Below are positions 51,465-64,000 of a stretch of 64,000 nucleotides of DNA, in pieces. Within the stretch, counting starts at the first letter, position 1. Every line of letters begins with the position of its first letter. Made by a program: the position numbers and the translations under genes. Origin of the DNA: Microthyrium microscopicum (taxonomy: Eukaryota); contig MU004230.1 of NCBI GenBank assembly GCA_010405405.1, positions 468,627 to 532,626 of the forward strand, given 5' to 3'. Below the pieces are notes generated by a model that did not search any database, was not told where the DNA came from, and was given only the letters and a program-made list of their open reading frames with translations.

Positions 51465-53306
51465 ATGCGTTACGCATTTGTTGCCTCTGCGCTGCTCTGC
51501 GCATCTGTCGCTTTTGCCGACGATGCTTCATCAGCTTCCTCTTCCGAATCATCTACTTCTTCTTCGTCCACCGTAGCAAACAAGCCTACATTCACAGTAA
51601 GTTCACTTGACATCAACTAGACCTACGTGCGCATCACATACTAACTGCCTCCTAGCCCACAAAGCTAAAGCCTTCCGGTGGTTTCCTAGAACAGTTTACT
51701 GATAACTGGGACACCCGGTGGAAGCCATCTCACGCGAAGAAGGAAAAAGACAAGGACTCAACAAGTGAGGAAGAATGGGCATATGTCGGAAAATGGGCCG
51801 TTGAGGAGCCTCATGTTCTCGGTGGCATGGTTGGTGACAAGGGTCTCGTCGTAAAGGACAAGGCTGCTCACCACGCCATCTCTGCCAAATTCGAGAAGCC
51901 CATCTCCGCCAAGGGCAAGCCACTCGTCGTTCAATATGAAGTCAAGCTTCAAGGTATGTTTTACATTCTCACTCTCAATAGCTTCTCGTTCTAATTCAAC
52001 TCCAGATGGCCTCGAGTGCGGTGGTGCTTATATGAAGCTCCTTCAAGACAATAAGAAGCTTCACCGTGAGGAATTCTCAAATGCCTCTCCCTATATTATC
52101 ATGTTTGGTCCCGACAAGTGCGGTGCTACCAACAAGGTCCACTTTATCTTCCGTCACAAGAACCCAAAGACCGGCGAGTATGAGGAGAAGCATCTCGACA
52201 ACCCTCCTCTATCCCGTTCTACCAAGCTCTCCGCTCTCTATCAGCTCGTTGTTCACCCCAACAACACCTTCATCATCAACATTGATGGTGAGCAAGTCAG
52301 CACTGGTAGCCTCCTTGAGAACTTTACCCCAGCTGTCAACCCACCAAAGGAGATTGATGACGAGGCAGACAAGAAGCCCGAAACCTGGGTTGATGAATCC
52401 CGCATTGCTGACCCAGAGGCCAAGAAGCCAGAGGATTGGGATGAGGATGCTCCATTCGAGATTCCCGATACTGATGCCAAGAAGCCTGAAGACTGGCTAG
52501 ATGATGAGCCCTCCATGGTCCCAGACCCAGAGGCTGAGAAGCCCGAGGATTGGGATGATGAAGAGGATGGTGACTGGGTCGCCCCTCAGGTCCCCAACCC
52601 CAAGTGCTCTGAATCATCTGGTTGCGGCAAGTGGGAGGTTCCAATGAAGAAGAACGAGGCCTACAAGGGCAAGTGGACCGCACCATTGATTGACAACCCC
52701 AAGTACAAGGGTGAATGGGCCCCACGCAAGATTGCCAACCCCAAGTATTTCGAGGACAAGACCCCTGCCAACTTCGAGCCTCTTGGAGCTATTGGCTTCG
52801 AGCTCTGGACTATGCAGAACGATATCATGTTCGACAACATCTACATTGGAAACTCTGTCGAGGATGCCGAAGCTCTCAAGAAGGAAACCTGGGACCTTAA
52901 GATTGAGGCCGAAAAAGCTGAGGAGAAGCTCAACGAGCCCAAGTTCGAGGACATCAAGGACCCATCTGCTCCTATTGACTTCAAGAAGGACCCCGTCGGT
53001 TTCGTCAAGCAGAAGGCTGAGGCTTTCATCACTGCCGCCAAGGCTGATCCTATCAAGGCCGCTCAAGAGATGCCAGAGGTCGCAGGTGTTCTCGGTGTTA
53101 CTGCCCTTACAATCCTCGCTCTCATCCTTACTGCCCTTAGCCCATCCGCTCCATCCAAGGAACAAATCAAGGCCAAGGCCAACAAGGCAAAGGATGCCGC
53201 AGAGAAGGCCAAGGACAAGGCTGCCGAAGCTATCTCCAGTGGTGTCGATCAAGCCAAGGATGCTACAAAGCGCTCTACTCGATCATCAACTGCCGGTGCT
53301 CAGTAG
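51465..53306 (+). CDS. CNE1: Calnexin (ER lectin chaperone)
   Basis: Signal peptide, [45 protein letters not shown]-domain KPEDWD repeats, IGFELW, single TM. Introns ~51597-51655 and ~51954-52005. Confidence 0.96.
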
Positions 53307-53921
53307 ACTCATCAATATTTTTCATCAATGGGAAAACAGAATTACCCAAATCGTGACGTTTTCTCCAGGACTTGATCATACACTAAGAATAAAGATTCAA
53401 AAGTCCATGTTCATTTGCTACCAACCGGAGTGAATAGGAAGCCCTGGGCTGCAGCGGTGTATCAAAATATCAGGCGTTTTCTTTCCCCATCATGTACCTT
53501 ATTACCTACTATCGAAGGGAGTTTGGTTGGGCTCTTTTGTGTATTTTTGACTAGGTAGTGAATTGAATTGAAGCAGTATGCACATGCAGAAAATAAGACC
53601 TGTCCCTTGAGTCTAATCAGTGACTACGACATTCTGGTGAGGTATCAATGCTGGAAAATTGAAATGGTTTTGTTTACGGATCAATGGAAAAATCGGCTAT
53701 TCAGTGTTTATATCGTGGCGATGCTCAGAAGTTCAAGTCGGCTACTCACGGGGTGAAGAGGCACGGCTGGCGGATAACCATTCCCCGCCCCTTTGAGCTC
53801 AACTTCTTTTTCTTCAAGACGCAAGCCGCTTGTCATGAACTAGGTGTGTGGTTGTTTTTTAGAGATTCGGTTCTGACATTGTCTTCAATTATACCTTGTG
53901 CTTACAATCTTTCAGTTCACA

Positions 53922-55684
53922 ATGGCCGCCCGCCGTGCTTTTTCGCGTAATATCCCCGCGCTCTCCCAACGGTTGCCGCTCAGAGCTTCAAGATCCTCCT
54001 TTCTAGCTACAATGGCGCCAAACTCTCAATCGAATACTGCTGTTCGCAGACTACATGCTACAAGCAAGCACTTTAATGCTGCTGCTACTTCAACTGCCTC
54101 TTCGTATCCAACCTCCCACGAACAAATCAAAACTCCTGAAGATACCCCCAACTTCCTTAACAATAAGTTCACCGCATCGCAAGCGTCTACTTGGTTCGAT
54201 TTATACGATCCGGCTACAAACAACCTTGTTACTCGCGTTCCTCAATCAACGGATGCCGAATTGAAGGCTGCCGTTGATGCTGCCGAAAAGGCTTTCCCAG
54301 CATGGAAGGCAACTTCAGTCATGTCTCGTCAACAGATCATGTTCAAATATGTTGCGCTGATCCGAGAGAACTGGGATCGTCTTGCGGCTAGCATCACACT
54401 CGAGCAAGGAAAGACGGTGGCCGATGCCAAGGGTGATGTTCTACGTGGTCTACAGGTCGCAGAGGGTGCTTGTGGTATTCCCGAGCAAATGAAGGGTGAA
54501 GTGCTCGAAGTGGCAAAGGATATGGAGACAAGAACCTACAGAGAGCCATTGGGTGTTGTGGCAGCTATCTGCCCATTCAGTGAGTATATGTCTAAGCCTA
54601 GTGATGATTGTCAGCTAACAGAGAGATAGATTTCCCAGCCATGATTCCCCTCTGGTGTGTACCAGTCGCCACCATGACTGGCAACACCATCGTCGTCAAA
54701 CCATCCGAACGTGACCCTGGCGCAATGATGATCCTCGCTGAGCTCGCCGCAAAAGCTGGTTTCCCCGAAGGTGTAATCAACATCATTCACGGTGCCGCCC
54801 CAACTGTCGACTTTATCATTGACGAACCACGCATCAAGGCCATCTCTTTCGTTGGCTCCAACAAGGCCGGCGAGTATATCTTTACTCGTGGCTCCGCTAA
54901 TGGCAAGCGTGTACAAGCCAACTTGGGCGCAAAGAACCACGCCGCTATCATGCCTGACTGCAACAAAAACCACGCACTCAACGCCATCGCTGGTGCCGCC
55001 TTTGGTGCCGCGGGCCAGCGCTGCATGGCTCTCAGCACCTGCGTCATGGTTGGCGAAACCAAAGACTGGTTACCAGAGCTCGCCGAGCGCGCTAAAGGTC
55101 TCAGCATCAACGGCGGCTTCGAGGCCGGCGCTGACCTAGGACCTGTCATCTCACCAGAAGCCAAGAAGCGTATCGAAGGCCTCATCGCCAGCGCCGAAGA
55201 AGAAGGCGCCACCATCCTCCTCGACGGCCGCGGCTACGTACCCGAGAAATACCCCAACGGTAATTGGGTTGGCCCAACCATCATCGCAAACGTCAAGCCA
55301 CACATGCGCTGCTACACGGAAGAGATCTTCGGTCCCGTGCTAGTCTGCCTAAACGTGGAGACGACTGACGACGCAATCAATCTAATCAACGCAAACGAGT
55401 ATGGAAATGGTACAGCAATCTTTACACGCAGTGGACCAACAGCCGCACGCTTCCAGAGCGAAGTTGAGGCCGGTCAGATGGGTATCAATGTACCAATTCC
55501 AGTGCCGTTGCCCATGTTCTCGTTCACCGGCAACAAGAAGAGCATTGCGGGTGGTGGAGCGAGCACGTTTTATGGAAAGCCTGGAATCAACTTTTACACA
55601 CAGATCAAGACTGTGACGAGTCTGTGGCGCTCGGAGGATGCGATTGAGACTAAGGCTAAGACAATTATGCCTACTCATTCGTAG
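53922..55684 (+). CDS. Methylmalonate-semialdehyde dehydrogenase (ALDH6), mitochondrial
   Basis: Arg/Ser-rich presequence; [32 protein letters not shown] across intron 54580-54629; [37 protein letters not shown]. Confidence 0.95.
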
Positions 55685-55997
55685 ATCTCATGGGAAAATT
55701 TGGGCTGGCGAAACCGGTGTTCCTGAATAATTGCTAGGATAAATGTAGTAGATAGGCAAAATATCAAAATTACATAACATCATTTTGTCATTCCCGTCAC
55801 TGATTTAGTCATGCATCTTGATACGGCTTTTTGAACCGCTTTGTCATTAGAGTCCGGATGTATACTACCTCGAAAATATACTACAATAACTGTGCAAACT
55901 ACAAATATACTTCCAATCGAACAAGCAATCCAACTTCTCGCGCAAATCATGACCATCAAAATGGTTTTCGGCTCCATTACTTCATTCCCATATGTAC

Positions 55998-56430
55998 CTA
56001 AAACTGTCCCTCATTTGGATCAGACCTATGCATTCATTAGCCTCCATCCTCACCTACTACTATAAGCAGGGACAACTCACGTAACAATCCAATCACCATG
56101 CTGACTCTGCCCCCCATTCTGACAGCCCGTAACTTCCAGAGCCAACCAGTCCTGGCACCCAGCATTACTCATATATCCCTGGCCACCCGATACACGCTTA
56201 ATGTTGTAGTTGTAGCGCAAGTTTCCGTTGACATTCACGCACCAACCAAGCTCTTCCTCTTGGTCATATGTGCGGTCTCCTAGAGTTACGGTGCAGGCTT
56301 CGGCGGCATAGTTGAGAGCGTTGGGGCGGAAGAGGCCGTCGGTCCAGGGTTGGCTGCTGGTGAAGCAGCTGGCGGAGATTAGGGGTGTGAGGAGGGTGGT
56401 GGTGAGGATGGCGAGGGTGGGGAAGTGCAT
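55998..56430 (-). CDS. Small secreted cysteine-containing protein (effector-like; resembles Y3-like glycan-binding fold)
   Basis: MHFPTLAILTTTLLTPLISA signal peptide; 5 Cys; intron 56026-56080 gives C-terminus GCQNGGQSQHGDWIVTSDPNEGQF*. Confidence 0.78.
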
Positions 56431-57095
56431 GGTGTTTGGGTGTTTTGGAGGGGATGGGATGGTTCGTGTAGATGGTGCTTTGGGAAGGGTAGGTAGGGAA
56501 TTGTAGGAGATGTAGTTCTTGGAAGATTGGGTTGATAGTGACATGTTTTTAAGTGGTGAAAAGAGCTATGATGTAGTGGTTCTTATATACACTTCTATAT
56601 CTTGCTGTTCATCGGGCTTATGGTTATCTCTATAGAGAAGCATCGCGAGGCAAATATAGGTACAAACCAACTTATATCCTCCAGGTCATTTGACTGTTAT
56701 TGGCTTGAGCTAAAGTAGATATGCAAAGTACCTGCGGCAACAAATACACTAATGCAGGTAAAGTGGCCCAATAAATCTTCCTATGCAGCTTCGTTTCCTG
56801 AACCCAAGTATCCTGGAAGCTTGAAATAGTGACAGATATGAATGCTTAAAACATTTGTTAGTAGTCCATTCCATACGCAGGTTCAAGCAAAATAACTTTT
56901 TGTGCTCAAAAATGGCAGTGACATGGTGACTTTTGGAACTATATGCGGAGACACATAACAGTGAAGTCGAACTCGACCCGTAGCTTTTAGAGACACAAAT
57001 CATAGCTTGCGAGAACAAAAGAGCTAGCAAGATGACCTAAAGTATCAGACCAAGGTTCTTCCTACGGAAATGTCCATTGTTAGTCGTATATCATA

Positions 57096-58899
57096 ACGTG
57101 CCTCACCTAGATCTTGGCATACCTAGATCTCGGCACCCTAAATAGGATATTCTATAATTAAATACTAAAGCATAACATAACTAATTATTAATAAAATTTA
57201 AATATTTAAACTACAAGATTAAGCTTAATCTTAATGCTAGATTTTTACTTTTTTAGCTCTTCTATAGCTCGTTTTAAAGTATCCTAAATATTAACTAACT
57301 AGTTAGTAGCATAGTCTAATATAATCTTTTTTAGATTATCTATCTTTATATTATAATCTTTTTTCTTTCTTTTAGACTTCTTTAAAGTAGACTAAAGTAT
57401 AGAAACCTAAGTTTTAAGAGTATTTATCTCTTACTAAAGACGTAGGTTTTAAGCTAAGATTTAGCTTATTTCTCTTACTATAGAATATATTACTATTTAT
57501 TTAGTTCTTAGTATAAATAATACCTTTTTAAGAGCTAGAAAAGAAGTAGAAATAGTTAAAATAGGTATAGATTATATAGAAACTAACTATTAGGAATTTT
57601 CTAGTAGCTAAATAATATAATAAAGAACTTAATAGCAATTAATAGGCTAGATTCTAGTTAATATAAAGATAGATATATAATTTATCTTTATAAAGACCTT
57701 TTAATAAGCTTTTATATAAATCTAAATAAAGATTCTTTTCTAAATTAGAGCTAAGGATAAAGCTAAAGAAGATCTATTTAATTCTATTAAAAAATATTAT
57801 TTTAAAGGTCTAAAGATTTTAATATCTAAAAGCTATATTTAATAAAAGAAATATAGTAGTAAATAGATGATTTATATATTATTTTTAATATATTTATAGC
57901 AAAATTTAGGTATAGTATAGCTACTATAGTTATTATAAATTAAAATTTACTATTTCTTTAGATCTAAAGGCGTAGTTTATAGAATAAAGATCTAATTAAG
58001 CTATTCTTTACCTAGTTAATTTAATATCTAACTATTAACTATAGCTATAAATTTATAACTATTTAAAAGTAGATCTTCTTTATAATTTAGTAGAAACTAG
58101 TAATTTAGAACTAATTTGCTTTTATAGATAGCTAAATATAATAAAATAAAGCTAAGAGCTAAGATTATTTCTAAAATTAATATATTCTTATAACTACTAT
58201 TCTCTATAACGAAAAAGTCTCCTATTTTATAGTTCTCTACTATTTAATAAAATACTATAACTACCTCTTTACTAGAGATACTTAAACATATTCTAGTTTT
58301 ATTAAAATTATAAATATTTGCTAGTTTAACCTTAAGGAAAGAAATTGCTCTTTTAAGGCAATTAAAATACTTATTTATAGCCTTATAAGTAGTTCTATTA
58401 ACTTATTATTTATTAATACGTTTTATAATAAAGTAAATAACTTCTAAATTTTGCTTTTTAAACGATTTAACCTAATTTTAGCCTAAAAAGGTATCTAGAA
58501 TTTACTAATAAAAAAGTCTTTAAGTAAAGTCTTTTATTTAAATATAAGTAGGTAGCAAACTAGCTAATTCCTCTACTTAAATCTAGGAAATAATTTCTAA
58601 TTCCTTAGTAATTAATAGTTTTTATAGCAAGCTATATAAAGTTTTCTTTAACTCTTATCTAGTAATTTAATCTTAAAGAGTTAATTTTAGAATGCTATAT
58701 AACTTAGCTATAGTAAGAATAGATTTATATTTACTATTTTTTATAGCTATAATAGTAGCTTAAAGTAAAGCTTTATTAACTATTTAAATTATAAAAGAAA
58801 CGTATTTAAATTAGTAGAGTTATGGTTAATTTAAGTATCTAGAAATTATCTAAAGGGGGTGCCGAGATCTGGGTGTGCCGAGATCTAGGTAGGGCACGT
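57096..58899. mobile_element. RIP-inactivated Fot1/Pot2-like (pogo/Tc1-mariner) DNA transposon, 1804 bp
   Basis: About 43-bp TIRs starting ACGTGCC with internal tandem CACC(C/T)AGATCT(C/T)GG repeats. TA duplication at 57094-57095 and 58900-58901. AT-rich interior with no ORF. Length is typical of Fot1/Pot2. Confidence 0.9.
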
Positions 58900-60983
58900 T
58901 AGGACGAGGCTGAGGCTCAACGAGATCCTCTTAGATCTAAGCCCCGACTAGCTTCGATCCCTCATATGCAAGTAACGTAAAACCTTCAACACTACCAAAA
59001 TCTGGCCTTGAAGCTGATGTCTTTATCGGATATATCGTTCATTTGGGTTCTATCGTTCAATTGATAATCCTAGTGTCTTGATATCTAAGAAAAGGCCTGC
59101 TGATGCATGCTAGTATTCGAACTGATCCAACTTCATCACTGACTTCTTTTAAGACCATTTGTCCAAAACTGACATATTGCGAACCCGTACATGCAAGTTG
59201 AGTGTATGACTTGTCATGTTCTGCTCTCAATGAATAATAGGCGAGTTTGCGTTCTTAGCCGAGTTGAATTAGACTCCGTAGCAAATCATGCGACATATTG
59301 ACACCGATTGCCATATCAAGCATGCTGGTAACAACATTCAAGTAATATTTTATGATCAAGGAAAGTGCCGTTGGTCTGTCCCTTTCTTGAAGATGCCCAA
59401 AATTCGGAGAAATTATGGAGTCCAGTGGTTATGTACTTCCTCTCTATCCACATCCATGATATGTCGTCTTTCAGATATTCTGTAGCAAGCCTCCGTTTAA
59501 GGAAAGAATGTAAAATTATCGTAGCTATATAGTGCAATTAGATCAATAATACAAGAATTTAGCAAGTATGAGACAGTTGGACATGTATTTCATCTGCCTA
59601 TGCCCAGAGTTGAACACAGGCACTTTCACCTCAAGCTTTCAAAACACCAAAAACAAAAATACCTCCGGTGTATCTTCTGAAGAGGCCTCGCGACATAACC
59701 AAGCCCCCAAAGCTAGTTAGTTCAAAGCCAATTCTGAAAAATACACCGAAAGCAGCTTAACACCCACCTGCGCCCACATGGTGCCCCCAAGTACCACGGT
59801 ACCACAAGTAGATGCTAAGCAACAGATATTGTCACCAAATGAATTATATACTAAATTTAACACCTCCATTTTGCCTATCCGCTAGTTTCTACCACGTTGC
59901 TTTCGGTTTCCTAACAAGGGGACACCGTCAAAATAAACGTATAAACTCTAAAACATGCAGATCGAAACCATATCGACATAGCAAATACCAAGCGCTCAGC
60001 AGATAGTAAGAAATAGTGAGTCCAGATTTTACCCACAGCTTTCTGAATTCGACTGCGATGTTACCCACAGGTAACAAACTGATAGAATGTCCAAGGTGCC
60101 TGGTTTTCGTGGTAATATGAGCGAGAACCGATTTCTGCTCGATCAATGCCATCAAGCTGATTAGATACACAACCGCCCGCCAACAAGGGCCAAGTAACGC
60201 AAAAGACAACAAGTCCTGCAAAGAAAAACCACATGTTGAGACGCGATAAGAGATGGGCATGGATAAAAAGTTCGCTAGGACATTGCTCAGTCGTGAGCAT
60301 AACAATCTCGCTTTACGACACCCAGTACTTCCTGAGAAGGAATTATAGAGCCAGGATAGAGTCAATTTCTTTAAGAGACAATCAAGAGATTTGAAGCAAA
60401 GATAAGCTTGCATGTCAATTGGGAGACAAAGTCAAGTCCATCCAGAGGGCTCAGATGTTGAAGGATTGGTGGTGAGCACATTTTTATATTGAAACTTGCT
60501 CAGCCGAGCGCTGTTTAGCCTAACGGCGATAAGAGTTAATTTAGCACAACAAGAAAATCGAACAGGAAATTCGGCCAAGGGCGAAGAAACGATCATCTCG
60601 ACGGGTTTTCCAGTTCTACTCCATCATGCCTTCATAGTAAATAGTTTTTAGCTAATTGGAGTCCCGTTCCCATGCGTTGCTAGTCTCTCCGCCCCAGACA
60701 GTTTAAGATGATACTTTCTAGGATCATTATCTCTTAGAGTAGAGTTTGGCGGAGTATTTGTTCCGTCTGTACTGTTGGATGCGGAAGAATTCTACAATCA
60801 GAAGCAATCGAAGGCGAACAGAAATCGAGACTTCGAAGTCCGGGCTCTAGGCGATGCATATAAGAACATGTCTCTTGGCTCAACACCGTAATGAAAGACA
60901 ACAAGCCTTGCCAAGTACTTCTTCATCCTACAAGCGTTCAATACTAAACCCTTCTAAAGAAGAATTTGTTTTGACACGAGAGA

Positions 60984-61650
60984 ATGTACTTCACCAAATT
61001 CATTGCTCTTGCAATCCTGAGCTATAGGTCAGTTTCCTTCCCATTTCATGAGAAACCTCTACTGTACAAGCCCTGGTAAACTGACACGGTATGATTTTGA
61101 ACAGCTCAGTAGTCTATTCTCTCCCCACTAGCAATGGCATCGAAAGCTACGGTACTCGGGAGGTAGGATATGCCCATGCTCAGCCTTTGGAAGGTATACC
61201 AGGGTACTGATGATTCTATAGGTACAACTAGAGAAGAGACATACCCCTGCTGAGCGAGCTCAGGAGAAGAAGACTGGCAAATATCACCTTGATAAGGGAG
61301 AGTCATTGAAACAAGAGGAAAAGAAGGCCGGATATTCCACCAAGAAGGCAAAGGCTTACGTCTCTGGAATTGTAAAGAGACATACTCCAGGAGAAAGAGC
61401 TCAAGAAAAGAAGACTGGCAAATACCATCTCGACAAGGGCGAGACTCTAAAGCAAGAAGAGAAGAAGGCAGGATATTCTACCAAGAAACCGAAGACTCAC
61501 ACCTACAAGGCTGAGAAACGACACACTCCAGCAGAAAGAGCCGAGGAGAAGAAGACTGGCTCCTATCATCTTGATAAAGGAGAAACCTTGAAGCAAGAGG
61601 AGAAGAAGGCAGGATATAGCCACAAGACATCAAAGCATCACAGCCGTTAG
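60984..61650 (+). CDS. KEX2-processed repeat protein (KEP): secreted precursor with three tandem ~47-aa repeats
   Basis: Exons 60984-61027, 61105-61162, 61222-61650 (GT-AG introns, frame preserved) give 176 aa: signal peptide MYFTKFIALAILSYSSVVYS, pro-region ending LEKR, then 3x HTP(A/G)ERA(Q/E)EKKTG(K/S)YHLDKGE(S/T)LKQEEKKAGYS separated by KR. Confidence 0.85.
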
Positions 61651-62147
61651 GCAGCTATTTTGTCAACATAATAGTAATCGAATCTTCAAATTGTTGTCAT
61701 CTGTTTTGTTATCAAGTAGCTATATTTCGAGTCCCCTAGTAGGAAAAGTCCTCTATTAGATGGCACCTAAGTTGAAAAGCCGCATGAAGCCCTGGCCTAA
61801 CAGCTATGTGTCCTCATTTGTGGAACATCAGGCGTGTCAATGAAAAACAATGATCATAAGCCAGTTTGAGGCTTTTGTCCAGAATGCTGGTGGAATCGGG
61901 ATCCTCGATGGTAGTCATGCCAGAGACAGAGTAGGTCGTTGGCCTATAATGCCGATGGTATGTGGAGAAGTGTGTTTGGTGAGTTTGATTCGGTCAAGAT
62001 GCTGCGCCTGGTAGCTCAAGCTGGATATAGGGATGCCTTGCATGAGTGAGCAAGTAGTTTGAGGAGGGAGGATGCTGCTTCTGTTGGTTGTAGAGTATAC
62101 CCAGGTAGCTCAATGCAGTGCCTTGAATGCTGATTTGGTAAGCAGTA

Positions 62148-62910
62148 TCAGTCTTGCTCTATTATTTCGAGGATGTGAGTGTTCTTAATTCGACATGATT
62201 CTCCTGCTCCACAACCAAGCTCGGCTCGGGCTTGGTCATAATCGCCATGGAACTTCATAGAAGCTATTATGGTGGCTGCTTCCTCGCACGGGCGATCAGT
62301 GTAGTCGACAGGATGTAGATTTGTGACGGTTTGAGGAGTGGTCATGACCTCTTGACGAAGCTCAACCTTAGCATTTGTTGATTTTTGCTGACAGCTAGAA
62401 TCTGATGCGGCAATGGTCATGGGTATTTTGGATGGCTTTGTGTCCTGTGATGTTGGCGATAAGATTGTGCTAGGAGACGGAATAGATGCAGTTGAAATGG
62501 TGCCCTTTTGGCATCCGCGAGATTCTGTGAAGCACGTCTTGACCGCAGGAAAAGGCGAGTAAAGATTTGTCTCCCCGGCCTGGAGCATAAAATCGTTGAT
62601 TTCCTGATCCAAGACCCCTTTCCGTCTCAGTAATGTCCGCAGCAATTCATTTTCCCTAGCAACCTTGCGTGCAACATGCTGAAGTTCTACCGATGCCTGA
62701 ACTCCATTTCTTTCATACTCAGCTAGTCTTGCTGCTAGATCTTCTATACGCTCCTTTTTTCGTAGCCTGGAGTTGCGTTGATTGTCCCGTAATCGGATGG
62801 AGGCTGGGATGGACGATTTCTGCTCAAGGGTCAGCGATGAGGGCTCGCAGGCTGATGTTGACAGAGGCGCAAGCGGGACAAGGAGATGAAAGACGCACCT
62901 GTCTCGCCAT
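62148..62910 (-). CDS. bZIP transcription factor with C-terminal Cys motif
   Basis: ATG 62910; micro-exon MARQ; intron 62820-62898; basic region RLRDNQRNSRLRKKERIEDL plus zipper; C-terminal CEEAATII...LGCGAGESC. Confidence 0.82.
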
Positions 62911-63247
62911 GGTTCATTCAATGATCTACTTAGCTTTGCAATCTCGTATAACCCGCTAGCCGAACGTTGTTGTGAATGGCTAGAGCCGCAAGAAGCTCGA
63001 ATTGAAATTGTGTAGACACAAGAGAGTTCTGATTGGTCGACTTTTTGCCTCAAAATCATAGAGATCCGATCCGATCTGATATAATTTCTTCCATGTCGCT
63101 TTACGAAACTCTCCTAAATAATTTTGAATACCCTTCCAAACACTTGCACTTTAATACTAGTATCTGGAATTACTGAGGTCTTCTTCTGGACCAACTAGTA
63201 CCACAGGTTCCGAATATAACTTCAGGTTACTTGCGAAGAAGATTCAA

Positions 63248-64000
63248 ATGTCACTTGATGCAGAAGACTTGGAGAAGAACTCCAAGGCTGTGCAACCTAA
63301 TGAAATAAGTACACTCCAGCCTATTCTATCCGCTATCATAATGTATGCTGACGTCTCCAAGACGAGCTCACCGACCACACTTCAGAGCAAGCTCCGCTCA
63401 AGGCACTATCATTCCTCGATCGCTTTCTAGTAATATGGATTATCCTCGCAATGGCAATCGGAATTTTACTCGGCAACTTCGTTAAGTCAACAGGACCAGA
63501 CTTACAGAAAGGCCAATTTGTCGGTGTGAGCATACCTATTGGTAAGTCTAAGCTAGATCTGAATGTGTACAGTACTCATTTACCCTTTTAGCTGTCGGCC
63601 TTCTTGTAATGATGTACCCCATTCTCTGCAAGGTGAAGTACGAGTCACTGCATCTCCTCCTTCGCAAAAAAGACCTTTGGATCCAAGTCGGAATATCTTT
63701 TGTGTTGAACTGGATCATTGCACCTCTTTTCATGGTCGGACTTGCATGGGCCTTCCTTCCAGACCGACAAGATCTTCGTGAGGGCTTGATATTTGTCGGA
63801 ATCGCTAGATGCATTGCCATGGTGTTGATATGGACAGATCTTGCAAACGGAGATGGAGATTATTGCGCTGTCTTGGTCGCTTTCAACTCCATTCTGCAAA
63901 TCATCCTGTTCGCACCTTTTGCGATATTCTATATCAACATCGTAAGCCACTCGAAAGAACTGGTCACTGTAAGCTACTCAAAGGTAGCAACAAGCGTTGC
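63248..64000 (+). CDS. ACR3: Arsenite/antimonite efflux transporter Acr3, 3' truncated by window edge
   Basis: With introns ~63309-63361 and ~63542-63590: LSFLDRFLVIWIILAMAIGILLG...AVGLLVMMYPILCKV...LNWIIAPLFM...GIARCIAMVLIW...LVAFNSILQI. Confidence 0.93.

Noticed and set aside
59000..60900. Short ORFs (up to 161 aa) between the Fot1-like element and the KEP gene
   Set aside because: No domain signature or convincing splice structure. No DUF3328-type HxxHC motif seen.
61240..61620. Three ~141-bp repeats as a CRISPR-like or satellite array
   Set aside because: They are in-frame coding repeats with synonymous divergence inside the KEP gene.

Overview
Gene-dense window from a filamentous ascomycete (Pezizomycotina): short GT-AG introns with CTAAC/CTGAC branch points and RIP-type mutated repeats. 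About 25 protein-coding genes can be supported. Conserved housekeeping genes include an LRG1-type LIM-RhoGAP, RPB4, RIM15 kinase, CWC15, MPH1/FANCM, CAP2, gamma-glutamyltranspeptidase, YDJ1, calnexin and methylmalonate-semialdehyde dehydrogenase. There are also several small secreted or membrane proteins and a divergent bZIP/ACR3 pair at the right edge. Three mobile elements have readable ends: a 217-bp MITE (6143-6359), a 1.8-kb RIP-destroyed Fot1/Pot2-like element (57096-58899), and a 5.3-kb RIP-destroyed TIR element with an 8-10-bp direct repeat inserted 90 bp upstream of MPH1 (29397-34678). The residual coding sequence of the 5.3-kb element tentatively resembles a RecQ-like helicase rather than an ordinary DDE transposase. 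The other main highlights are a three-exon KEX2-processed repeat protein (KEP) gene only partly seen by the ORF track (60984-61650) and recurrent sharp C/A-rich to G/T-rich skew flips. All exon structures and family calls were made by eye, without database searches.
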